A DNA stretch of 64,000 nucleotides from the human T2T-CHM13v2.0 reference genome, Homo sapiens. This document shows, piece by piece, positions 44,535 to 56,460 of this stretch. Within the stretch, counting starts at the first letter, position 1. Each line of letters begins with the position of its first letter. A program made the position numbers and the translations under genes. Where the stretch lies: the NCBI RefSeq assembly GCF_009914755.1, contig NC_060927.1; one strand, 5' to 3'. The notes below the pieces were generated by a model. The model was not told the DNA's origin. It saw only the letters and a list, made by a program, of their open reading frames with translations, and ran no database searches.

Positions 44535-45040
44535 TTATTCTTTTAAGAACTGTCTCCTGAGCATCTATTATGTTTCAGCCATTATCCCAGGTATTGGGGA
44601 TTCAGTACTAAACAGGCCAGATATATTCTCTCATTAACTTATTGCCTAGCAGAGAAGACCAACATTTTTAAAAGTTTATACATATAGTTAATTTCTATTA
44701 TGATTATATGATACAAATGGAAAGTGCTATGAAAATGTGGAACAAAAGAGAATAATCTGTCTGAACAGTCAAAGAAGACTTCTGGGAGATGACATCTGAG
44801 CTAAAGGTTGAACAAGGAATTGGAAAACAGCTGGCATGTGCAAAAGACTTGAAGACTGAAGGAGTTAGCCTTTAAAAAAATGAAGAAAGTTCTATTTGGC
44901 CAGAGCAGAGTTTCAAATAGTGCCTCACAGGCCACGTTAAAGACCTGAGGCCTTTATTCTAGGAGAATAGGGAGCTGCTCAAGGAATTTAAGCTTGAGAG
45001 TGACAAGATCAGATTTGCAATGCCTTTCAAGTGGTAGTTA
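44535..45040 (-). mobile_element. L2 LINE fragment
   Basis: ctgagcatctattatg...ggtattggggattcag...gatgacatctgagcta...gagtgacaagatcagatttgc. Confidence 0.65.
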
Positions 45041-45254
45041 CAAGGAGTTGGGTCTCTGACCCTTTGCAATTATACCCATTCTAACTAAGAATGGGGAAAC
45101 TTTTATATCCTGTCTTTAATGAGTAAAAAAAAAAAAAAAGAAAAAAAAAGCAAATAAAAGAGGTGCGCTTTTCTTGATTGTAACTTTCAGATAAAAATTC
45201 CAGGCAGAAATGTGAGTGATTCCTATTTACATGCAGTCGGAATGAAAGCTACTT

Positions 45255-45470
45255 AGGAAAGCGGGTTCCGGAGCCAGATTTACTGGTTCGACATCCAGGC
45301 TCTTCTCACTACCTTGGGCGAGTTACTTAACCTTGTGGAGCTTCAGTTTCCTCATCTATAAAACATGGATAAAACATGGATATTAATGCCATGTGTCTCA
45401 TGAGAAATAAGTAAAACCATGCAAAGCACTTGAACACTCTAAGACACATACTTAGAACTCCGTAAGAGAA
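45255..45470 (+). mobile_element. MIR
   Basis: ggagccaga...ccttgggcgagttacttaacctt...cagtttcctcatctataaaa. Confidence 0.75.
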
Positions 45471-47666
45471 TTAATAATAGTAGAAGTAATTGCTCATTTT
45501 CTTTTATAGAGGGGATGGAAGATGGATGATAAGTAGATTTCAGAGTTTTAAAATTTATTTTTATTTTTATTTTTTGCTCCTGATAGTCACCATTACTTTA
45601 TTGAAACTGATATGTCTTCAGTTTCATGTCATGGTAACGAAAGCTTATTTTCTGTGATAAAATGTTAATCACATTTAATCACCCGTTGTTTTAAGTCACA
45701 ATTTAGGATATGAACTAGACAAATATACTACCAACATTATTTAAAAAATATTTTTAAACTCACTTTCCAAACCAAGGATGCATTACTGCTGGGCTTCTAA
45801 AGGCAGTATGGTATGCTTAACATAAAGATGGCTTAACATTCATTGAAGAATTTTATTACTATGTACTTTCTTCTTTTAATATTACCATATCTGCTATATA
45901 GAGCTATGAAAACATATTGATTGCTATAGATTGAAAATCTCTTCAAACATATTTTGATTCACTTGGAATAAACTGAAATTCTGAATATTTCCCCTAATAC
46001 CAGAATTAAAAATTATTAAATATTAAAATTCTATCCTGCTTTCTGCTTAGTTTGATACTTCTTTGATATAAAATGATAATAATTCCTTCAGAATTGGGAT
46101 GCCTTCTGATTTTCATTTTGTTGAGTTGTTATGATTATTATAGGAGTATGTACTAAAATAATATAATTTTAAAATTTATTTTTCTTAATTGAGTTCTACA
46201 CATTTTAATTTAGCTGCATTTGGATCAAGTTTTAATTTTAATACCTTTCCCACTTCCTGTCTTTTCAAATGTTGTGTCAAATGTTTGTTGACATTGTTGT
46301 CCACCTGATCAGACAACTTTGTATTTATTTCTCTCACCTGCCGTTGGGGCTTCTAGAGCTCTTTCTCCTAAATTATGGAATCTTGGCACTCAAAGGAATC
46401 TTGACACTTTGTGTCAGAACACAGGACATCTAGTGAACTCTCTGCTTACAGTCTTGATAGTTTTGGGTGCGTTTAAATACTTTATTCTTATATTTTGTTC
46501 TTTGTATGAGTATATATTAAGTATTCACTTTTTATATAATTTTAGAAAACAAAATGAGTGACATATTTTATACCTAATAAAATCTGGTTTTGAGAAAAAT
46601 GTGATGCTACATAAATTCTTCGGTTGGAAAGATGGTGTTTTAACTTGACGTTTGAATACCAATATATTTTCTTAACCTGGAGTAGAACACTGTAAGTCAA
46701 TTGTGTTTAATTCTAGCATAAAAGAAACCATCATTCTCTGAGGTGGGGCAGGTGGCAGAAGACGAAAAAATGACAAGTATGTCTCCCTTAGGCAGTGCTT
46801 GTTGAAAAGTCACTATCCTGCTGATATTTGGGGATGGAAATGTAGTACTCTCTGCTAAAGTATAATTGAATGAATGCTTTTAAAGCCAGGGTCATCAAGT
46901 AAAGCTGTTTTCTTTACCCATGAGGGACTGTAGAATGTTCATAAAAGCACCTCCGTGAAGCCTCAGGTGAAAGGTGGTTATCAGCTGAGGAAACTGTATG
47001 TGCTGCCTAAAATGTTTTAGATTTCTAAGTTTGGTCAGGGACATCTGTATAGAGAGAGAACAGTTACCTTAGAAAACTGTTTTGAATGTGGTCTTATAGC
47101 ATTGTTTTAACGTAGCTTCACAGATGAGGATGGCCATAAGTCACAGAATGTTAGAACTGGAGATCCCTCTCATTGAATCCTCAAATTCAGTCTCCTCAAT
47201 TTTACACAGACTTTGGATTATGGTAAACTAAGGTCCACAAGTTGTTCAGCTACCTTGCCCAGAGGTACACAGCACACTAGTGGCAGTGTTGGGACTTAGA
47301 CTCCATGTAAAGAAGTTTAAGTTCAGAATTCTTTTGCATCACTAGGATCCATACAGGAGTGTAAGGAGTACTGAAGCGTGTTCAATCCCCTAGCCTCATC
47401 CACCAGTCACTCATGGATTATAAATACAATTTCTTCCAAGTGAAATTTGGGAATACTGTTGTATCTTGTAACAAAGGTCTGGTTGAATCGAGATAAGTTA
47501 TGATTATATATCCCAACAGTAATCTCTTCTACCCCTGATTTGGTCCCTATCCCATTTTTTTAATAACCTCTTACTATATATTGTTGACTATTGTTGCTAT
47601 AGTGTCATAAATTTACTATTATAGATAGTAATATCTGAAAAAGGGGACATTTTAAAAAATTCTCTT

Positions 47667-47960
<294 letters not shown>

Positions 47961-48981
47961 TTATCTTTTACAGATAAATTGGTGGAGAGAGATTTTCAAA
48001 AACACAAATTATAGGTAAATACCTATTTCTATTGCATTGGTCAAATAGCTTCGTTGGAATCTCTTTTTGATGTTAAATACTTTTATAGGAAAATAATTAC
48101 GTCATCAACTTTAAGTAAATATAAATCCAATTATTTAATATTGAGTTATAGCAATATATATTGACACAGTTTTGTTTCTGCATGGTGAAAACAGTTTGAG
48201 ATTCAGCTCCTGGGTATCTTTATACCTACCATGCAAGCTGTATGTTTCAGAATGCCCTCAGGGTGTTCTATGATTGCAGGGAATATGTCGAGTCCATGTG
48301 ACCAAGGCGTACTTCATCCTTTCTGTGATCAGATCAGCTAGTTTGTGAGGAACCTGAATATATCACAACTACAAATAAATTTTCCAGGGTCCAAACAGTG
48401 ATTCTTCTATTTCAAAGTTATTTTATAGAAAATGAAGCATCTGTTTGGAATCACAGGAAATTATTTTACTTTATAAGTTTCACAGTAGATATCACAGAAG
48501 TTGTGTTCATTTTTGCCTTTATGTTTTGTGGAAAGAATACTGCCTCTTTTTTCAGACATGCTGAGATAGATATATAATGTTTCCATTCACTCATTATTTG
48601 GGTGTCTGCAGGGTATGTTAAGGTTATTCCAAAATCAAGATGCCTTGTGTTTAGAAAGGGAGAACCTGCTTCCTATTTCATTTCAGATACGCCAATAACT
48701 TTTGTTACCTAAGAAATACATGCATATGGGACATGGGGGCTCTATGGAGTTCTTCCAAAGGCCGTTTTTATGGCTGATCTGAAAGTATAGTGTTCTAATC
48801 TCTGAGACTGACTCTTTGACTTGTCATTGTCAGTAAGCATTGCATTAACATCCCAGCATATTACACATTTCTCTCCTCTGTTATGGAATTATTGGCTGTA
48901 AATAAGGCAAGAGGTACTGCTCCCTTTACCCCGCCAGATTTGCTGTGATAGAAAATAAGGGATAGATATTATTCACTTGAC

Positions 48982-49166
48982 CTGGGACAGCTTCATGGGC
49001 ATAAAAACTGCAATTGGTCACACAGGGCCCTATCTTAGAAAAGCACCATTCTTTGTTTAATGCTTTGCTATCATCATTTTGAAATTCTTAATCTATGAAC
49101 AAGAGGTTCTGCATTTTCGTCTTGCACTGAGCACTACAAATTGTACAAATTGTTTTGCTGGACCTG
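48982..49166. mobile_element. MER91A-like hAT-Tip100 element
   Basis: gcttcatgggc...cacagggccc...tttaatgct...ttgaaattcttaat...gaacaag...ttgcactg...ggacctg. Confidence 0.7.
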
Positions 49167-50311
49167 TCTGGGTGACACTTGTTCTTCTTGACTATAATGG
49201 CCAGCCCTTGGCTTCCAATTGTACCCTGTTAACACACGCGATCTTTCTTTAAATCAAAGGAATAAGTGAATAAGAATATTTTCTTTAAACTAGATATTTT
49301 AAAAATTAACTTCTGAAGAATGAATTTATTGATTTTTAATAAACTAAGAAAATATGTAAATGGATTTCCAGTCATTCAGTTCTGACTTTGGTGGGTTTGT
49401 TGTTGTTTCTGTTCATTTTAAGCTAACATTCAAAGTTAGTAGTGTCAGTTTTACGCTTTCCAGGAAAAGACAACGGAGTATACTACTTGGCTTATATTTC
49501 TGTAAAGTATCACTTGAGAAGCGTTTCAACTGAAATGTGTTTTCCCACTTTGATTGTGTGTAGTAGGCTGATTTCTCATCAATCCTAAGAAATATACCTT
49601 TATGTTATATTAATTGAGGATTTAGCATTGGTAACAAATCTTGTTTTTCTTACGTACAAAATCTCCCTTGGGACTGGATATAATTTAAAACTATGACGCC
49701 TAAAAGTAGATCCATCAGTACCCACATTGCTATTCATGACTTTTGAAATACAGTTTCTGCTTCTTTGTTGCTTCTCAATGGTTCAGTCTTTCTATCATTC
49801 CAAAGGACTCTTGTGACTCCTCAGTAAATGGAATTTTCCCTTTCTTTTCCTTAATATCCATAAAATCAGTTTACTCAAGAAATTATATAGCAGTATACAG
49901 CCTAAACCCTTTCTCAAAATTGTCACTAGCTTTTCTTATTCATTAAAACATTTTCATCTCATTACAAATGATTTCTTCCTTTAAAATTTCCCAGAAAGTA
50001 TGGCCTCTGTATTTTCTGCTGCTCAGTTTAAACACATCATCAAAGACAGATAATTATTAATGTCATATGAGCATAACAGGAGATTTATAAATCAGAAATG
50101 TATTTTCTGGGAACCAACTTTCAAGTTAGTCAGGTAAGTTTTATTAACTTCACTGGTGAAGTCCTAGGATAAAGCAGTGCCTAGATCAGGCTTGTTTACC
50201 CTTGGCCTTATATGGCACCAAACACTGTTTCAGGACAGTGGAAGAACAGCCTGGGAGGCCTTCGGCCTTGGCCAGCCTTGCCGAGGCCCGCTCACCAGGA
50301 GAAATAGGAAG

Positions 50312-50403
50312 GAAGGCCAGTGAGTGTGCAAAGGAGCATGGCTTATTTTGAGGTCCTGAAGGCCAGTGAGTGTGCAAAGGAGCATGGCTTATTTTGAGGT
50401 CCT
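50312..50403. repeat. Perfect 46-bp tandem duplication
   Basis: GAAGGCCAGTGAGTGTGCAAAGGAGCATGGCTTATTTTGAGGTCCT x2. Confidence 0.97.
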
Positions 50404-52894
50404 GCTGATTGCAGGCCAACAAAACAATGGCAGGATTTGAAGGAAGAAAGTATTGCAACAGAGTCACCGTATACTTTGAACTGCAAAGGGAGACTGAGGA
50501 AATGTTGCCTCAAGGCCAAAAACCCTGGCTCAAAACACAGGTTCCTCAGGTGACTCAGAGGCAGACCAAGTTCACCAAGTCAAGGACATTTTCCTGCTAC
50601 CCCCCTGGGGAGAGGGGCCTTCACCAAACCACCCTGGACATGGATCTCCTGCTGTTCAGAACCCACCCAATAAACAACAGAAGCAAACACTTTTTTTTTT
50701 TTTTTTTTTTTTTTTTTGCCCCTTACACGGAATTGTCCCTTTTTGTAAGTCCTTGTTGAATTGAAGAGTGTTTGCTCACTGGCTTTTAAAGTGTGGTCCC
50801 AAAACTTTTTTCTTCGTTTATATTGGGTTAAAAAAAAAATCAAGGGGCCCATGCGTCTTTGTTCTCATCCAAGCCCACAATTAGTTAGCTGGGGTTCCTT
50901 CTGTGTAGCTAGAAGCAGGAGGGAAGGGGGTGGCCCAGCAGGCATTTTACTGCCTGCGAGAAAGTGCTGTGAGTTTCTTTGTCCTTTTTGTCAGGGACGG
51001 CTGCCTCCCTAATTGTACTGCTGTAGGGAGGCACGTGCCTTTGGGAGCATTATCTGATTCCTACAGGACGTTCAAGAGTGCTTTGTATACTGACCCTTAA
51101 CTTGAACACAAAGAATATCTTTTCAATCCCCTTCCGAGGCTGTTGCCTCAGGCTTGGATACCTAAGAGCTTTAGTTCAGCCGGGGTATGGACCATTTATA
51201 TGGGCTCAGGTTTTATTTTTTTGTCCCCTAGTTGTCTTACCTGCAGTTTGGCCACACCTGCCGGGAGAGAAAGCTGAAGATGGTGGGTAAGTGGTGGATA
51301 GCAGCTATAGAAGTCAGAAGGGAGAGAAAGCGAGACAAACAGCTGCTCTTGTCAGCATGGGGATAAGTGTAAAGAGATTAATAGTTATTTGAAGAGCAAA
51401 TGGGGACATGGCATTCGGCAGTGGAATGCGAATGCATGAATGTAATGGAATGAGCATGTGACTATTAACATTTAGACAAATGCTTCCTGGACTGAATGGA
51501 ATGGCAAAGCCCACTTCTCCTCCCCCTGTGGAAAAAAAAAAGTTCAATAAAATAATTAAAAGTTTGAAATTTTTAAAAAGATAAGCCTAGCTCCTATTTC
51601 TTTGTAAGTTTGTTCTTCTCTATAGTTTTACTTAATCTGGGACTCTCAGTTACATTTCAACTGAAGAGCTAGGCCTATTTCCTTTATAAAATATGTACGA
51701 ATAGGACTGCCTTAATCTTGCTTTTGATTTTTTTTTCTCATTCATTAGGTTGATGAAACAAGATTTCTATGTGTCGGAAGGTTTTACAAAGGAAAAGCAA
51801 CTGTACCATAAGCTGGTTGCCCCTTTGTTCATTTTGGCTCAGGTTTAGAAATGATGATAGGCTGATTTGCCTACTCAGGCTGACAGTTTTGATGGCATGG
51901 ACAGAGCCCTGAAGTCAGAACCAGAAGATTCAGCACCGAAAGCCCCAGTCATTGTGTTAGCGGATGCTAGGGCAAATGCTCTACCTCTCCGATAGTAATA
52001 TAGTCAAGTTTTTTGTAGAGTAAATGAGGCAAAATTAATTTATTCTTTCATAAATATGTTCTTGAGTACTTTTACTCTGTGCTTGGGCCCATTCACATAG
52101 AAGACATAAAAACGTTTGGCAGAAGGAAATACATGAGCTAATGTATTTTTGAATTATATTGACCATAGAATTTTCTTCATAAGTAGTTGGTATTTCTCTT
52201 ACAAATGTTCTACTCTAGAAAAGAATAAATTTCTATTAAGAAAATGAAAGAACAAATAAAAAAGAATTAGACCAGTTTGGATGATTTACTAGCATGTTAC
52301 TTTTTAAAATACATAGTTGGGTGTCCCTAACCCCGCTACCCATGATCCTCCAGTCTTTGTGAAACCAGTCCTTAGGGGGCTGGGTGGTACACTCTTGGTA
52401 CTCTGGGACAGAATGCAGAATTGCAAGATTAAGAGAAAATTCGAAGGTCATTTGATTTTGCCCCCTATGCAACAATTTAACACTTAAATCCCCTCTGGAA
52501 CATACCTATCAAGTGGTCTTTCTCATTTTGTGTAACACGCCCCAACCCCCACCAACAACCTCAAAATGGAATAACAGGCAGTATTTATTTAAAGACTTCC
52601 TAAGCAGCTACTGAGCACTGGGAACGTTTTGCCTAGTTTGTGAATAAGCATATACTCTACTTTCAAATGCTCTGTAGGAAGTCAGTCTCCAGAGGTGGCA
52701 CATAGAGCTGAGTGATCTGGAAAAGCCGTTACAAACACACACATGCTCAGACTTCTCTTGTTTTCTCTGTTTACCAAAAATCAACGGTTTTACTTTGAAT
52801 GTGAAGTGCTTCCGACGTGAGGTCCATCTCTGTAGAATGCATTCACCCATGGATGCCTTTTTTTGGAGCAATGATCCGTGGCTTCAGCGGCTAA

Positions 52895-53299
<405 letters not shown>

Positions 53300-53837
53300 T
53301 GAATATTTAATACTGAACCAGAGAGAGAGAAAGTGCCAGTTAGTGGGAAAAGTCCCAATTTAGGAACCAAACGTCTGCGTTCTAGCCAGCTCCTGGCAAC
53401 TTCAGTCAGTGTGTTCCTGCCTGCTTCACACTGTTGTATGTGAAAGTTCATGGCAAGGTAAAGAGCGCTGTGCCAACAAGAAGTATCATAATCATGGGAT
53501 ATGTGTTTACAGTCTCCAGAACGTGAACGTGTTTACCAGTCTCATTCTTGTAAAGAAGTAAGTGTCACATTAAGTTGTGATTTTAAAAACTGAGTAAAAT
53601 AATAAATATAGTGTTATAAAAATTAAGAAAATAAAATCCCATTTATGAAGGAAGGATGAATATGTTTATACATGTAGGTATCAATAAATTATAATTTATC
53701 AGTAAATTGTATAATGTCTTATAAATTACTATTTATAATTTATCAGTGAATTATAATTTATTGATATGTATATATTTATTTAATTTGGAAACATTCTTTT
53801 CGAAAAGAAAGCCTTTAAATAGACATATCAGAGCCCT

Positions 53838-54014
53838 GAATTAGTCCAAAGAAATTGTTAAAGAAAAATCTTTCTGCATATAAGTTTTCTAAGGAAGCAT
53901 GGAATTTTCTTTTCATAAATTAGGAAGATACAAGAATTAGTCCAAAGAAATTGTTTTAAAAAATCTTTCTGTATATAACTTTTCTAAGGAAGCATGGAAT
54001 TTTCTTTTTCATAA
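53838..54014. repeat. Imperfect tandem duplication, 96-bp period
   Basis: GAATTAGTCCAAAGAAATTGTT...TTTTCTAAGGAAGCATGGAATTTTCTTTT(T)CATAA starting at 53838 and 53934. Confidence 0.93.
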
Positions 54015-54133
54015 CTAGATCCAAGAATATTTTATTTCGAAGTGTATTTTGAAATGTATTATAACAAGAATAAAGCTCAAGTATAAAAGAGGACACCTAC
54101 AAAGTTGGTTTTAACTGGTTGATCAAAGAATGT

Positions 54134-54205
54134 TCAAGACCAAAGTGGTATGTTTGTCAAACAACTTAATCAAGACCAAAGTGGTATGTTTGTCAAACAA
54201 CTTAA
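54134..54205. repeat. Perfect 36-bp tandem duplication
   Basis: TCAAGACCAAAGTGGTATGTTTGTCAAACAACTTAA x2. Confidence 0.97.
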
Positions 54206-55225
54206 TGTTTACATGGATTATAGAAATGCTTCCAAATATCATCATCTTAATAAAAAGTAGCTTTAGAATTGTTTTGACAGTTTTTTCCCTCTTTGACAAA
54301 TGGATTTCTTTGGAAAGCATTTCTATGTTTATGTTATATATAGTATCTAGTTCATTCCAGCCTTTAGTTTGTATAGTTTATAAAATGATCGGCATGCCTA
54401 AGACCTATTACACTCTAACATCATTTCACATCCATTTCCTCTTTTTCACCTCATTTCTTTGTGAAGTACCCAGGACAAGTTTTATAACTTCCACTGTGCT
54501 AGTGAGGAAAGCTGAAGAAGTTGGAGGTTAAGTTAAGAGGCATGCCTAAACTTACAGAAACTTGTGTGTAGCTGGGCCTGTTTTTCATTTCTGCTTCCCT
54601 CTCACTGGATTGTATCCTTTCTTTCAACCATTTTATATCAGGATCTCCCAAAATTGTCTAAAAATTAATGTTATTTTAGTTCTTTCCTCTTGTGGTTTGA
54701 GAAGTAATTCTCCGGTGGCTCATATTTCAACTGTAGAGCATGAACATCAGCTTAAAACTTGATCTCTCCTCCACGTGTTACTTATCAATGGAGTCATAAT
54801 CCTTAGTTTCCTTTACTTTTATAATTCTGGAGGCGATGGATACTGCAGGTGAGTAAACTTAGAGTTTATAGGCTTCAAATAGTTGGTTGATTGATCTAAG
54901 TAGTATCTTGCTAAAGAGCCACTAGAATAACCATTTTATAAATGGAGCACTGATATCTCTTAGGTCACCAACCGGACATTTACAGTCACCAGTCTTCAAA
55001 GCTAACAGTTACTAATTCAGTTTACTCCGCCAGGTCTCCATTATATTAGGAGTCAGCATGTCTGATGAGATGATGGGCATATTAGGGCTGCTAAATGAAT
55101 AATCGCTTTTTTTCCCTGTAAAATTTTTAGAAAACCATGGGGATGAATCTTGATGTAAGTTCAACATCAAATTAGTTATCCTTCCCTGTCCCTTCCTCAC
55201 TACCTCCTCATATAGAAATCTTAAA

Positions 55226-55528
55226 AGCCGGGCGTGGTGGCTCACACCTATAATCCCAGCACTTTGGGAGGCTGAGGCAGGCAGATCACGAGGTCAGGAG
55301 TTCAAGACCAGCCTGGCCAACATAGTGAAACCCTGTCTGTACTAAAAATACAAAAATTAGCCAGACGTGGTGGTGGGTGCCTGTAGTCTCAGCTACTGGG
55401 GAGACTGAGAAAGGAGAATCACTTGAACCTGGGAGACAGAGGTTGTGGCGAGCCGAGATCGCACCACTACATGTGATCTGCCTGCACAATAGAACAAGAG
55501 TCCGTCTCCAAAAAAAAAAAAAAAAAAA
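55226..55528 (+). mobile_element. AluS (Sg/Sc-like) with rearranged 3' end
   Basis: Dimeric Alu with A tail; non-consensus segment at about 55469-55492. Confidence 0.92.
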
Positions 55529-56299
55529 TTAAAGTTATTTTCAGGTTTAGCATAATCCTAAACCATCACTCAAAGCCCCTCTCTCAGAGAAGTCAATTGT
55601 CTTACTCAAAAAGTTGGAGATCTCTACCAAAATGTTAGGTTCAAAAGAAAAGAAAATATTCTGGTACACTGGTAAAATTTCCTTACATGTGACAGCAGTA
55701 ATATCAGTGCCCTGAAAAAAGGGATACACTGTGGTGATGAGAAAAAGGCACTGACTGAGAGACAGAAAACCTGGATTATGGTCTTGATCATTTATGCAAA
55801 CTTAGCCAAGTCACTTGATCTTTCTAAAATTCAGTCTGTGCCTCAGATGAGAAAGAGGATGAGAATGGAGAAACCTACTCTGTTTTCTTAAGGTGAGATG
55901 ATAGTATTAATAATTAACATAGAAAGTTTTTAGAAGGGCTTTGGTTCGCATCGATATATTGTCTGCCATTCATGAGTGTCCTTGGTTAAGTGATTTTGCT
56001 TCTCTTGGATTTTTGTTCACTTTTCTGCATTCTACCTATAAATTTTACAATCAGGTTTCTACTCACATATCACATGGTAATTATATTTTTATTAAATTTA
56101 TTTCTTGTTCACAACCAGGCTTATTTCAGGCCCAGTTCATTTCTTCTAAATTAGGGCACTTGAACCCTTATCTGAGCAGCTACTGAGATCACCTAAAAAG
56201 ATGTAAGTTCTTCGTCATGGATACCTGCATCTTAGCTTCTAATTCTTTGAGCCAAATTATATATCCTCATGTTTATACACAGACTTCCCATTTTAAAAA

Positions 56300-56460
56300 G
56301 TATTTTTTCATATATTTATCTTAGTTGAGCCTCATAACCAAGTTTGTAATCCCCAGTTTTATAGATGAGGAAACTTGAAGATGTAAAGGTCACATGGCTA
56401 ATAACCAGCCAAGGATGGGGAAGAATCCAGGCCTCCCTCACCCTAATTCAAGTCTCTCCA
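56300..56460 (-). mobile_element. MIR fragment
   Basis: cctcataacc...ttttatagatgaggaaact...aaggtcacatggcta. Confidence 0.65.
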
